A program made the translations under genes and the position numbers. DNA of 63,978 nucleotides, the filler included, from a bacterium (lineage in GTDB: Bacteria; UBA9089; CG2-30-40-21; SBAY01), in the NCBI GenBank assembly GCA_040757115.1. It is 7 parts of 7 records of this genome, joined end to end, with 100 filler letters (N's around TTAATTAATTAA, not from the genome) between each part and the next. Parts side by side here need not be neighbours in the genome. Positions count along the whole stretch, not along the records: positions 17,687 to 23,404 come from JBFLYA010000238.1; positions 23,505 to 52,701 come from JBFLYA010000024.1; 5 more parts are not named here. One strand, 5' to 3'. The notes under the pieces were generated by a model. The model worked only from the letters and a program-made list of their open reading frames with translations. It searched no databases and was not told where the DNA came from. Below are positions 19,950 through 30,635 of this stretch, piece by piece. Position 1 is the stretch's first letter, and each line of letters opens with the position of its first letter.

Positions 19950-22106
19950 ATGTTCACCCTATTTTTTAAAATCAGGAAAATCTCGGTTAAAGAAATCTTA
20001 TTCAGAACTAAAAAATTAATTGGACAAAGATTAGAAATATGGGGACATACCCCATATTTAAAGCGGGAATATGGGATGTGTCCCCATATTCATCTTATAG
20101 AAAAAGATGAGATATTTAATACCTATTTGCCTCAAACAAGGTATATTCAGGAGGCAGATAAAATATGTGAACATAAGTTCGCATTATTAGGTATAAATGT
20201 CGAGTATAAAGATACGATTGAATGGCATAAACATCCGCTAACCAAACAGGAGTATCCACTAAAATTATATTCAAACATCTATAAATTCTTAAGCCATGGG
20301 GATGTAAAATATGTCTGGGAAATCAGCCGACATGAGCACTTTGTTTCCCTCGGATTAGCCTGGTGCCTGAGCGGGGATGAAAAATATCGCCGGGAATTTT
20401 GTGCTCAGATAACTGATTGGATAGATTCTAACCCTTATTTACTTGGTGTCAATTGGTCGAGTGGTTTAGAGGTAGCGCTACGGGCAATAAATTGGGTAAT
20501 GGCTTATAACCTCTTCTTAACATCTATAGATGCAGAGGTCCATTATAAGATTTTAAATAGCCTTTACCAGCACGGAAGATACCTTATCCGTAATCTGTCC
20601 TTTTTTTCAAGTCCGTATAACCATTTAATTGGAGAGGCAACGGCGCTTTTTATCTTAGGGTTTTTATTCCCGGGACTCAAAGAGGTAAATCAATGGAAAA
20701 AAACAGGCTGGCAAATACTTAAATCAGAACTTAAAAACCAGTTTTATGAAGATGGTGGCAATGTCGAACAGGCAGTATCCTATCACCATTACACATTAGG
20801 GTTTTATCTACTGGCGATTATCCTTCAGATGAAAAATGATATTGAGGTTGAGCCAGAGATTCTAAAGGCTATTGAGCGAGTGATGGAATTTTCTATGTAT
20901 CTAACAAAACCTGATAGTCGAATGCCAATGATTGGGGATGGGGATGGTGCTCGGTCAATTAAATTTGGTGTCGTAGATGACCATTGGGATTTTAGAACCT
21001 TTCTTTCAATCGGAGCAATTTTATTCAATCGTGGAGATTTTAAAAAGATAAGTGGTAAAATCAGTCAAGAGACAATATGGCTACTGGGTAGTGCTGGGCT
21101 AAAAAGATATGAGGCGATTTGCGAAAAAGCCGCAGAGCAAACCTCAATGGCGTTTTCTGCAAGTGGTTATTTTATTATGCGTAGTCACTGGGACAAAGAT
21201 GGGGATTATTTATGTTTTGATTGTGGCCAACAAGCCGCAGGACTTCATAAAGATGCAACACCATCCGTTGCCCATGGTCATGCTGATGCCCTTTCTCTGG
21301 AACTTGTAGTTAATGGGCAACCACTCATTATTGACCCGGGGATGTATTCATATTTTGATGAGCACTTTCAAAATTACTTTCGAGCCACACCCGCTCATAA
21401 TACGATTGTAATTGACCGTAAGTCTCAAGCCACATTAGTCGGCAAACTTGGCTGGAGTAATACCTATTCCACAAAATGTCAGAAATGGTTTACCTCTGAA
21501 CTTGCCGATTATGTGGAGGGGGAACACGATGGCTATGCCCCGATTATCCATAAAAGAATAATCTTTTTTAATAAATTGACTAAATACTGGCTTATTTTTG
21601 ATTACTTAGACGGAAAAGAAAAACATCTGATTGAACAATATTTCCACTTTGCACCGACCGCGATGGAAGTTAACAAAGAATCAATTGTTACTCAACATGC
21701 TTTACTTATGCCAATTAATCCAGATTTAGTCAATCTTGAAGTCGAAGAAGGCTGGGTAGCTAAAAATTATGGGGTGAAAATTAAAGCCCCGGTGGTAAAA
21801 TACTCCACAACATCAATATTACCCGCATCTCTGGGTGTGATAATCTATCCAACAGGGCTAAATCGTCCTAAGATAGAACAATTAAATAAACGGGCGTTTA
21901 AATTAATTACCCCTCATTGGATAGACTATCATTTACTCAGTAGAGATTGTGAAGGGATTGAAACAGATGCGAGATTTAGCCACATCCGATTCGATAATAA
22001 AGGAGATATTAAAGGATTTACCATCATTCAAGGCTCATTTTTAATGATTAATCAAAAGGAAATTTTTAGAACGACTCAATTAACAGATATGGTGAAAATA
22101 TTATGA
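19950..22106 (+). CDS. Heparinase II/III family protein
   Basis: KYVWEISR, NHLIGE, EQAVSYH, HGHADALS, IDPGMYSY, AHNTI; start moved to ATG 19950 (AGAGG SD). Confidence 0.88.
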   Translation: MFTLFFKIRKISVKEILFRTKKLIGQRLEIWGHTPYLKREYGMCPHIHLIEKDEIFNTYLPQTRYIQEADKICEHKFALLGINVEYKDTIEWHKHPLTKQEYPLKLYSNIYKFLSHGDVKYVWEISRHEHFVSLGLAWCLSGDEKYRREFCAQITDWIDSNPYLLGVNWSSGLEVALRAINWVMAYNLFLTSIDAEVHYKILNSLYQHGRYLIRNLSFFSSPYNHLIGEATALFILGFLFPGLKEVNQWKKTGWQILKSELKNQFYEDGGNVEQAVSYHHYTLGFYLLAIILQMKNDIEVEPEILKAIERVMEFSMYLTKPDSRMPMIGDGDGARSIKFGVVDDHWDFRTFLSIGAILFNRGDFKKISGKISQETIWLLGSAGLKRYEAICEKAAEQTSMAFSASGYFIMRSHWDKDGDYLCFDCGQQAAGLHKDATPSVAHGHADALSLELVVNGQPLIIDPGMYSYFDEHFQNYFRATPAHNTIVIDRKSQATLVGKLGWSNTYSTKCQKWFTSELADYVEGEHDGYAPIIHKRIIFFNKLTKYWLIFDYLDGKEKHLIEQYFHFAPTAMEVNKESIVTQHALLMPINPDLVNLEVEEGWVAKNYGVKIKAPVVKYSTTSILPASLGVIIYPTGLNRPKIEQLNKRAFKLITPHWIDYHLLSRDCEGIETDARFSHIRFDNKGDIKGFTIIQGSFLMINQKEIFRTTQLTDMVKIL

Positions 22107-23224
22107 TAACTACCATTTTATTCTTAATATCATTTATATGTCTTGGACACACTTACATCTTTTATCCGCTTATCCTCATACTATTATCTCTGGTAGCCAA
22201 AAAGGGTGTAGTTAGAGATGAGAATTTTTTACCAGCAGTTAGTTTGTTAGTCGCGGCTTATAATGAGGAAAGGATAATCAGAGAAAAGGTAGAAAATTCA
22301 CTTTCAATAGATTATCCAAAGGACAGATTAGAGATTATAATTGCCTCAGATGGTTCTACGGATAAAACTAACGAGATTGTGGCTGAGTATAAAGACATAA
22401 TATTAAAAGAGTTACCTCGAGCCGGGAAGATAACCGCCGTAAATAAAACCCTCCCACAGGCTACTGGTGAAATTATAGTTTTATCGGATGCTAACACAAT
22501 GTATGAAAAAGATGCCATAAAAAAGTTAATTCGTAATTTTAAAGATGAAACTGTAGGTGGGGTAACGGGTAAGGTCCTATTAATAAGTGAAAAAGCGACT
22601 TATGGCCAGGGAGAAAGTCTTTATGGTAAATATGAAAGATATATTCAGAAAAAAGAAAGTCAAATTTCTTCTATCATCGGCGTTGATGGGGCAATGTATG
22701 CTATCCGTAAAAATCTATTTAAACTAATTCCTCCGGAAATAATTTTAGATGATTTAGTTAATGGAATGAACATTGTCAAACAAGGATACCGCGTGATTTA
22801 TGATGAGTCTGCCGTTGGTTATGAAGATACCGCCGCGAGTAGTAAAGGTGAATTTATCCGGCGGGTCAGGGTATCTGGAGGTGGATTTCAGATGATAGTT
22901 AAAAATCAAGGTGTCCCGTCGATTAAACAGCCATTTTTCCTCTTCCAATTTATCTCTCATAAGTTATTTCGCTGGCTGACTCCATTTTCCCTCATTATCC
23001 TTTTTACAACTAATTTATTTTTAATAAATATAAATCTTTTTTATAAAATTTGTTTTGTTTGCCAGTCACTTTTTTATCTTCTGGCATTGATGGGTGGATT
23101 CTTCAAATTAAAGGCATTGGGAACACCATTTTATTTTTGTCTAATTCAGCTGGCATCGCTTATCGGTGTTTATCGACTCATCACGGGTAAATTAAGGGTT
23201 ACCTGGACCAAAGGGAGAGAATAA
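22103..23224 (+). CDS. Glycosyltransferase family 2 (IcaA/PgaC-like membrane GT)
   Basis: AAYNEE, SDGSTD, SDAN, LDD, SHKLFRW; ATGA overlap with the upstream gene. Confidence 0.9.
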   Translation: MITTILFLISFICLGHTYIFYPLILILLSLVAKKGVVRDENFLPAVSLLVAAYNEERIIREKVENSLSIDYPKDRLEIIIASDGSTDKTNEIVAEYKDIILKELPRAGKITAVNKTLPQATGEIIVLSDANTMYEKDAIKKLIRNFKDETVGGVTGKVLLISEKATYGQGESLYGKYERYIQKKESQISSIIGVDGAMYAIRKNLFKLIPPEIILDDLVNGMNIVKQGYRVIYDESAVGYEDTAASSKGEFIRRVRVSGGGFQMIVKNQGVPSIKQPFFLFQFISHKLFRWLTPFSLIILFTTNLFLININLFYKICFVCQSLFYLLALMGGFFKLKALGTPFYFCLIQLASLIGVYRLITGKLRVTWTKGRE

Positions 23225-23231
23225 TAAATAC

Positions 23232-23278
23232 AGGGGAAACCAGGCATGAACCTGCGGTTCACAAACGAGGATGAAAAT
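23232..23278 (+). mobile_element. Family A left end
   Basis: AGGGGAA..CATGAACC-TGC-GGTTCACAAACGAGGATGAAAAT. Confidence 0.7.
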
Positions 23279-23280
23279 TG

Positions 23281-23404
23281 GTAACCGTTCAGGCTATATA
23301 TCAAAAGTGTAAGAAAGGGGATAAGGAGATAAGGGTGATATGGAGATAAGATAATAGAAATAGATTGAAATTTATAGAAATAGGTAGAAATTGATTGTGG
23401 AAAA
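23281..23404. mobile_element. Half of the 225-bp GTAA-ended MITE
   Basis: Starts GTAACCGTTCAGG and runs into the contig break. Confidence 0.8.
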
Positions 23405-23504
23405 NNNNNNNNNNNNNNNNNNNNNNNNNNNNNNNNNNNNNNNNNNNNTTAATTAATTAANNNNNNNNNNNNNNNNNNNNNNNNNNNNNNNNNNNNNNNN
23501 NNNN
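23405..23504. other. Artificial contig linker
   Basis: N-run with TTAATTAATTAA. Confidence 0.97.
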
Positions 23505-24016
23505 CGCTCTAATCTATATTCGGTATTGTAAGGCTCTATTTTAATCCCCTGGATTACTACTGAACGATATCCTTTATGCCGTGCATCATCAGGCAAATCT
23601 CCTTTATACCTTACTACTTGCTGGTTATGAACCAAAATCTTGCCCAGCTTCTTTTCCTTTACAGATGGCTTCCTTTCCTTTGGTTCTATCCCGCTTTGAA
23701 AGTTGCTATTGCCTTGTTGATCCTCTGAAGGATTGTTCGGCTTAATCTTTGGTTTCGGATTACACCCTTTTAACCTTGCTATCTCATCCCTTAATCGTTG
23801 AATCGTATCTTTTAGTTCCCTATTCTCTTTCACCAAATATTCTATCTGGCTCATCAATCGATAGATTAACTTCTTGAAATCGTAATCAGACGAGATCTTA
23901 TCTACATCAATTTCAAAAAGAGTGTCATCTCTGTTTTCCATTCCACTCTATATATCGGCATTTTTTCAAAAAATCTTCACTTTTTTATACTATTCCACAA
24001 ATTTATGAGTAGTTAC
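23505..24016 (-). mobile_element. IS66-like element: left end plus N-terminal transposase (CDS starts 23941), cut by the contig end
   Basis: Coiled coil LRDEIARLKG..KPKIKP then LPDDARHKGYRSVVIQ; terminus GTAACTACTCA at 24016. Confidence 0.7.
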
Positions 24017-24062
24017 CATTTTCTGTCCATACTTGCTCATGCCACTGGCTCATGAGCAAGTA

Positions 24063-24095
24063 CTGCACATCCAATCCACAGCCTCTTTTTACCAT
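24063..24095 (-). pseudogene. Possible IS110-family transposase N-terminal remnant
   Basis: MVKRGCGLDV resembles the CGLDVHK first catalytic motif; interrupted by the hairpin at 24030-24062. Only about 10 codons. Confidence 0.4.
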
Positions 24096-24223
24096 TATAT
24101 CCCTTTTTTTAAACCTCCTTAAGTTTATTTTTGGCTAGTCATCTAGCCTTATTTCTCTATCTTGCTTATGCAACCGATAGATTGGATATAATGATAACAC
24201 AACGAAGGCCGGAATTCAACATA

Positions 24224-24483
24224 ATTTTCATCTTCCTTTGTGCCCACTCCTTGTGGGCATGAGTGTTTCCCCTGAAAATAGGCTGAAGGCTGAAGGGTAT
24301 AGGCTGAAGTTTTGAACGCTGTTTCCTTCAGCCTTCAGCCTTTATTTTCATTGTCATTTGTGAGTCGCAGACTCATGAGCGTTTCCCCTGAAAATGTCTG
24401 TAAGTTATTGTAATTGCTTGATTTACAAAACTACATTTTCATCGTCATTTGTGCCCTGCAAGGGCATGAGCGTTTCTCCTCCT
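24224..24483 (-). mobile_element. Tandem array of three family A units
   Basis: Three hairpin ends separated by different 40-65 nt inserts; starts at AAAAGGAGGAGAA. Confidence 0.8.
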
Positions 24484-24653
24484 TTTGTCGATATTATGTT
24501 TAGATATTTTCATCTGAGACCTCCTTTGTCGATTAGTTAAATTTATCTACTTTACTTAATCGACATCTGGAGGTCTTTTATTTAATTTTTTCTTAAGTCA
24601 GTGCCATTCGGGTAAACCCCAGTTTGTTTTATAGTGGAGCATCTGTTTAAATT

Positions 24654-25874
24654 CTAAAATCCATATTTTATCCCTCCAAAAAAGGTTGTATTATCCTTAA
24701 GTAAACCGAAAAAACTATCCTCTTTCCCTTTGTATATATCAGTACCTATTATAGATGATAAATTATCTGTAAGGGTATAAATAATCTTTGGTCTAATGAG
24801 GTAATCTCTTCTTGTAAGATTATAAATTCCAGAAATCTCAGTACTTAATGTTTCATAAAACATCTTATCTACAATCTTCAATGATACAATATTTGTTACT
24901 TTATCAAGTTGGTTATTGATAATAGCCCCTTTGACAGCAATATCTCTTAAGATAGAATCTTGAATATTCAATGGGTCTTTATAATTAGTAACAATCCTTT
25001 GCATAAACTGAAGATTCAAATACATATCTTCCCAAAGTGTTTTGTCTACTCCAAAAATATAGAAGAAATAAGGATTCTTCTTCCATGGGCTATCTCCATC
25101 CATATCTTCTGTAAAAAAATAAGCCATCTCTCCCCTAACTCCGAACTCTCTCAATATCGTAGCAAAATCTCCACCAATAACTTTGATCCTTTGATATCTT
25201 TCTATGATCCCTTGGGTTGATAAACCAAGGTCTGGCATAGGATCAACGCCATCAAAATAGCTTAATGACCAGTCTAAAACACCACCCGTAGAATCTATCT
25301 TAAAGGCATATTGACCATTTTGAAAAGACTTTGATGGTAGTTCTTCAATAACAGGATAATTTAGTGGAAACTTATTGGATTCAAAGAAAGGGAGATATAT
25401 TCCAGTAAATGCAGTATTTCCATAATAATAATTTATCTTAAGTGCCATAATACCACTTCTTAAATCTCCATCCTCTGGAAAAAGCAATGTATAGTCCCAA
25501 GGAGTAAGGTTATCTGTTGGATTTACACCATCTGCTCTTCCCCATTGGATGATCTGTTTTCCAACCCGTAGGTTGAATGGATGTAAATAGATATCACTAT
25601 AGATTTCTCTCATAGAAGAATGAATACTTTCCCGCTGATTCTCTGCAATGATTCTTGCCTCACTATAAAGGGATAGATAAGAACCAAATTTTGTGGTTAT
25701 TTGTGGATGGAATGAGATACTGAAGATGTTCCTTTTTTGGTCAAGGTTTCTAGTGGAACTAAAATAGTATCCCTGTAAGATTCCATTTAAACTTATATCT
25801 TCTGCATAAACAAGGATGGGAATAAAAAGACAAGAAAAAATAGTATACAGAACTTTATTCTTGAAAAATGACAT
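24654..25874 (-). CDS. Outer-membrane beta-barrel (DUF1302-like)
   Basis: Signal peptide, RVGKQIIQWGRAD.NPTD, C-terminal KYGF. Confidence 0.75.
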   Translation of the reverse strand: MSFFKNKVLYTIFSCLFIPILVYAEDISLNGILQGYYFSSTRNLDQKRNIFSISFHPQITTKFGSYLSLYSEARIIAENQRESIHSSMREIYSDIYLHPFNLRVGKQIIQWGRADGVNPTDNLTPWDYTLLFPEDGDLRSGIMALKINYYYGNTAFTGIYLPFFESNKFPLNYPVIEELPSKSFQNGQYAFKIDSTGGVLDWSLSYFDGVDPMPDLGLSTQGIIERYQRIKVIGGDFATILREFGVRGEMAYFFTEDMDGDSPWKKNPYFFYIFGVDKTLWEDMYLNLQFMQRIVTNYKDPLNIQDSILRDIAVKGAIINNQLDKVTNIVSLKIVDKMFYETLSTEISGIYNLTRRDYLIRPKIIYTLTDNLSSIIGTDIYKGKEDSFFGLLKDNTTFFGGIKYGF

Positions 25875-25877
25875 AGT

Positions 25878-26663
25878 CTATTCAATCCTTTCCAAATACC
25901 CTGTTGTAAAAACATCGTCTCTTATACCTTTGTCGATTTCAATGTTTTCAAATGTAATAATTGTTCTATGGCCAGTTTTATGGTTTATAATCTCTCTCTT
26001 TGTAGCAAGCCATCTTTTCTTACCCAAATCTGATAAATAGAGGTCAGATATAAATTGTGTCTTGAGGAGTTCATTCTCTTCATCATAATATTCTATTTTC
26101 ATCTCTACAAAATTATCTTTTCTTATCCATAACACCTTTTTACTATAACCTGTATCCCTTTTAATTCTATCATCTTTTGAAGTGGACTCAACTATAAAGC
26201 AGTCTATCCCTTTAATCTTTTCTTCTCCTTTTAGGATATGAATAAAATCATCAATCTTTGGAGAAGCAATATCACCATAAGAAAAGTCAGAATTCATAAA
26301 GCTATCCCTTGTATTTCTTGAAATTATTCTCCTCGTTTTTTTTAAGGCAGGAAGATATATCCACATATCATGGTCACTTTCAGAATGTTCAATTGTCAAT
26401 ATACCGGTTCCTCGTATATCTTGTGGAGAATAAAATCTATATAATCTCTTGTAGTCTACCGAATTTTTTTGAAGTTTATTGATCACCTTGCCAACCCTAA
26501 TCCTCTCTCCACCTTTTTTATCTATTAATACCATCTTGCTTTGTGCTTGCCAGCCTAATACCTTCCCGGCATAATCATTATTCACCATAATCTCTCTGGC
26601 ATCCATGGCAAAAATAGAATTAACCCACATAAAAACTGAAATAATCCCTAATATTTTTCCCAT
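25878..26663 (-). CDS. Outer membrane lipoprotein-sorting (LolA-like) protein
   Basis: SPQDIRGTG, WIYLPALKKTRRI, SFMNSDFSYGD. Confidence 0.85.
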   Translation of the reverse strand: MGKILGIISVFMWVNSIFAMDAREIMVNNDYAGKVLGWQAQSKMVLIDKKGGERIRVGKVINKLQKNSVDYKRLYRFYSPQDIRGTGILTIEHSESDHDMWIYLPALKKTRRIISRNTRDSFMNSDFSYGDIASPKIDDFIHILKGEEKIKGIDCFIVESTSKDDRIKRDTGYSKKVLWIRKDNFVEMKIEYYDEENELLKTQFISDLYLSDLGKKRWLATKREIINHKTGHRTIITFENIEIDKGIRDDVFTTGYLERIE

Positions 26664-26972
26664 TTTATTCCCTCCTCTTATATCTTGAACGCTCTCAGAT
26701 AAAATGAGCGTTGATTTTATTAGCCTTCACACACCTCAAACTTTTCCTTCACCCCCATGTGTGGAGTAAAAAGGTTAGGGTTTAAGAAATTAGTTTTGTT
26801 TAGGGGTTAGGAGGTTAGTCTTATTTCCCTTCCTTGAAACCTCTCTGGTGCTGAACTTGATTCAGAACAGGTCAGGGATTTGCCCAAAATACTGTCCGAA
26901 CTTCTTCCCTATGGTTTTACCAACATCTTAACCCAACTTCCATACGGGCTTCCTAACCGTAACCTTTACCTT

Positions 26973-29297
26973 TTATCCGAGAGGCTTCATCTTTTCATAG
27001 AGAAACTTAGGTTTAAATATAGTAATCATTGCTGGAAGTAAGGTCACTGTTCCTAAAGAACTATTAATCATGTTCAATGCCACAAGTCCCCCCAGATGTT
27101 TATGATATATAAGTCCCGAAAATAGTAAGATAACAAAGCCTGCAGCTATAGCAGAGGAAACAAAGAATATGGCTTTCCCCGCGGTAAGCATGGTCTCTCT
27201 AATAGCCAAATTGTGATCTTTTAATTTCCTTATCTCTTCTTTATAACGAAAAATGAAGTAAAAAGCATAATCACTACCAATACTGATGGTTAGGGCAGAA
27301 ACTGCGGCAGTACTTAGAGAAAGCCATATCCCTGTGATCCCCATCAAACCGAAGTTGATAACTATAGCCACTAATGAAGGAGTAATAACATAGATACCTC
27401 CTACAAAAGATCTCAGGGCAAGAGATGCTATAAGAAATATAACAGTAGTAACTTGCCATATATTTTGTATCTTTTCATGGACGACATTATCATTTAATGC
27501 TCTCAAGGTACCCAATGAACCACCTGCAACTTCTACTGTTACATCAGTATTTCTAAAAAGGGTTGATGCTATATCTTTTGCTTCAGCAAAGATTTCATTT
27601 GAGAATGTTGCAGTGTCTATTTTTGTAAAGATTCTTATGACCCCATGTCGGTATTCTTGATCCACTATAAAATTCAAATCTTCAGAACTCAGAAGAAATA
27701 GGTATTGGCTAATAAGATTCTTATCTTTAGGGATACTATAGTAGTTTTTCTCATCACCATTCATTGCCATATTCATACGTTTGATGAAGTTAGCAAGGCT
27801 TATCGTTTTTCCAACTTCAGATCTTTTTTCTAAGTTTCTTTGAAGCCTGCTCATAGCATCCAAAACCTCAGGAGATTTAAGACTATCTGTTTTTTCCCCT
27901 TCAATAAGAATATTCATTATTGAAGTTCCAGCAAAGTGTTTATTGATAAAATCATCATCAAGCCTAACTTTCTCCTTTTTGCTAAATGCTCCGATAAAAC
28001 TATTATTCACTTTTATTTTTGTTGCGCCAAGAAGAGATATAGAGAGTATTAAAAAAAATGTTACTATTATTATTATAGGCTTGCCCAAAATCAATCTTAT
28101 TCCATTTTCTAAACACTTTTCTAATATTCCTTTCTTCTTTTTCTTTAAGATAAAGATATTTTTAGATGGAGGAAGAATAAAACGGATAGCAGGGATAAAG
28201 GTCATTTCCAATATTAAAGCGCTCAGTATCCCCACTGCTGTAAAAAGTCCAAATACCCTAATAGTTTTAATATCAAAAACTATGAGCGAAAGGAATCCAA
28301 TCACAGTTATTATCCCTGTAAGTAGCATTACTGAGCCTACACTCGAAACAGATTCAATTATTGCCAACCTATTATTACCTAAACGATCATATTCTTCATA
28401 ATACCTCTTTAAAATTTGGACAGCATGTCCGGCAGCCACGGATAGTATCAAGATAGGGGTCATAGAATTCCATACATCTATAGGAATCTTGAAAAAGCCC
28501 AGAATTCCTATCCCCCATATAACACTTAGGATACCAGTCAAAAGGGGGAAGATAATGGCCTGGATAGTTCTAAACGCCTCATAATGTATAAGCCCAATTA
28601 TAATTATGACAAAGATGAAAAGTATAGCCATTTTCCTGGAATAGACTTCTAAAAAATGGACAATACTTACAGGACCACCTAAATAGATATTGTGTTTTTT
28701 ATCCTTTACTTTCTCTACAATTTTTTCTACATTCTGGTAATAAGTGGAATAATTCCTATCTATCTCAAAGTCAATAATAATATTGGCTACTCTCCCATCT
28801 TTAGAAACTAAGAAAAAAGGAGCTAACTCATTTGTATATATCCTTCTTCTTAGTTCTTCCATCTCTTCGTGTGTTGTTGGTATGTTCTTTAATAAAGGAT
28901 TGATTTCTATACTACCTTCAACCCCTTTTATATCTCTGACATTTGGGGCAGTAATACTCAAACAATTGCTTTTTATAATACTCTTTAATTTCATAACCTC
29001 ATCTGTAATCTTCTTAATCTTCGTTAAGGTGTTAACATTAAATATATCTCCTTCTCTGTGTTCTATGCTGACAATTAAAATATTTACTCCCCCAAATATA
29101 TCTGCAATTTTATTATCTAGCATGACAAGAGGATGGTTTTGGGGGAGTTGATTTTTTCTTTCTATCTCTATTTTAAGAGAAAGTGCATGGAAGCCTAAAA
29201 AGACAGTAATAAATAAAATAATCACTATCACAAAAAATCTATACTTTATTATAAATTCCCCAAACCTTTTAAACATTTTACTTCTCATAGCACTCAT
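26973..29297 (-). CDS. MMPL/RND family transporter
   Basis: Two repeats of TM + periplasmic domain + 5 TM; SIGSDYA, GKAIFF. True start may be a few codons downstream. Confidence 0.88.
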   Translation of the reverse strand: MSAMRSKMFKRFGEFIIKYRFFVIVIILFITVFLGFHALSLKIEIERKNQLPQNHPLVMLDNKIADIFGGVNILIVSIEHREGDIFNVNTLTKIKKITDEVMKLKSIIKSNCLSITAPNVRDIKGVEGSIEINPLLKNIPTTHEEMEELRRRIYTNELAPFFLVSKDGRVANIIIDFEIDRNYSTYYQNVEKIVEKVKDKKHNIYLGGPVSIVHFLEVYSRKMAILFIFVIIIIGLIHYEAFRTIQAIIFPLLTGILSVIWGIGILGFFKIPIDVWNSMTPILILSVAAGHAVQILKRYYEEYDRLGNNRLAIIESVSSVGSVMLLTGIITVIGFLSLIVFDIKTIRVFGLFTAVGILSALILEMTFIPAIRFILPPSKNIFILKKKKKGILEKCLENGIRLILGKPIIIIVTFFLILSISLLGATKIKVNNSFIGAFSKKEKVRLDDDFINKHFAGTSIMNILIEGEKTDSLKSPEVLDAMSRLQRNLEKRSEVGKTISLANFIKRMNMAMNGDEKNYYSIPKDKNLISQYLFLLSSEDLNFIVDQEYRHGVIRIFTKIDTATFSNEIFAEAKDIASTLFRNTDVTVEVAGGSLGTLRALNDNVVHEKIQNIWQVTTVIFLIASLALRSFVGGIYVITPSLVAIVINFGLMGITGIWLSLSTAAVSALTISIGSDYAFYFIFRYKEEIRKLKDHNLAIRETMLTAGKAIFFVSSAIAAGFVILLFSGLIYHKHLGGLVALNMINSSLGTVTLLPAMITIFKPKFLYEKMKPLG

Positions 29298-29513
29298 ACC
29301 ATATTTTGGTTCTTTTGGTTGAACTCTTAAAGTGTGTCTTAAATCATCTCAACTGTAGGGACTCCACTTTATTGTATGTGTTTAGATAGATATACTATTC
29401 AAGAGACGATTACTTGCGAACCATATGACCTTATCATCTTGCATCCTGTATCATGTATCATATTGTAAAACAGCCCGTTATGTTAAAGCTCATAATATTT
29501 AGCTAATCACATA

Positions 29514-29763
29514 GTAACTATTCAGCCATAGATGGACACGGATGAAACACTGAAAATTCGTAATCCGTGTCCGTAATTAGGTTGAAGGTTGAAGGGTTCT
29601 TCTCCTCCTAACTTTTATTTTCTCTCCTTCTTGATTCTCTGCGAGTGGAAGAAATTTCCATCCCAAAACCCCCGCCAGCGGGGGACAACCCGCCTCTGAC
29701 CTCTGTCTTCTGACCTCTGTATTTATCCATGCTAATCCGTGTTAATCAGTGGCTGAATAGTTC
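29514..29763. mobile_element. GTAA-ended MITE inside the biosynthetic operon
   Basis: GTAACTATTCAGCC / GGCTGAATAGTT-C ends; flanks ATCACATA/ATCGCATA match 7 of 8. Confidence 0.7.
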
Positions 29764-29817
29764 ATCGCATACAAAATAATTAATTATGCAATAAGTCTCC
29801 TGTATATTTTCATAACC

Positions 29818-30615
29818 TCATTTACTCATCTGGTATTTGACTATTTTAGCCACTACTTTTCTTGGAGTAAACCTGGTTAAAAAAATCTGGGCTTTGTTAT
29901 AGAAACCACAAACAACTACTCTTTTCCCTCTCATCAATGCACGATAGCCAGTTTTAGCGACTGTCGAAACTTCCATTACTGGTCCTCGAAATAAGTTTAT
30001 GCCTTCTATCTGTGCTCTCTTAGGAAACTCTGTGCGAGTTGGACCCGGACACAAAGTGGTCACTGTAACACCGCTACCTTCAAGTTCCTCTGCAAGGGCT
30101 TCTGACAAGCTTAAGATATAAGATTTAGCAGCACAATAAACTGCATTAAGTGGGCCAGGTACAAATGAACCAGTAGAACCAATATTTAATATCCTTCCGT
30201 ACCCATGTTTTAACATTTCAGGCAAAAATAATTTTATCAGTTGAGTAGACGACACAATGCTTACCTGAATCATCTGAAGTTCTTTTTTTATATCTGTTTC
30301 GGAGAAAGGTCCGTATACATTAAATCCCGCATTGTTAACTAAGATATCAATTTGAATAGACTCTTGCTGAAGTTCATCAAAAATCTCTTTAGCCGATGTT
30401 AAAGTAGACAAATCTTTTGGGAGAACTTTTATTAATACCCCAAAAGTCTTTCTTAATTCATTTGCTCGCTGATTGAGTCTTTGTTCGTCCCTTGCCACCA
30501 ATACGAGATTATAACCCTCCTGAGCAAACAATCTACTCAGTTCACAACCAATTCCACTGGATGCTCCAGTAATTAAAGCAGTTTTTTTGTTATCAAAATG
30601 GTCTAATTTTTCCAT
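29818..30615 (-). CDS. Short-chain dehydrogenase/reductase
   Basis: TGASSGIG, NNAG, YCAAK. Confidence 0.92.
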   Translation of the reverse strand: MEKLDHFDNKKTALITGASSGIGCELSRLFAQEGYNLVLVARDEQRLNQRANELRKTFGVLIKVLPKDLSTLTSAKEIFDELQQESIQIDILVNNAGFNVYGPFSETDIKKELQMIQVSIVSSTQLIKLFLPEMLKHGYGRILNIGSTGSFVPGPLNAVYCAAKSYILSLSEALAEELEGSGVTVTTLCPGPTRTEFPKRAQIEGINLFRGPVMEVSTVAKTGYRALMRGKRVVVCGFYNKAQIFLTRFTPRKVVAKIVKYQMSK

Positions 30616-30635
30616 ATTATCCTTCCTTCTTAATC

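Noticed and set aside
26860-26960. Weak resemblance to group II intron domain V on the minus strand
   Set aside because: Only a few bases match, with no complete hairpin and no reverse transcriptase.
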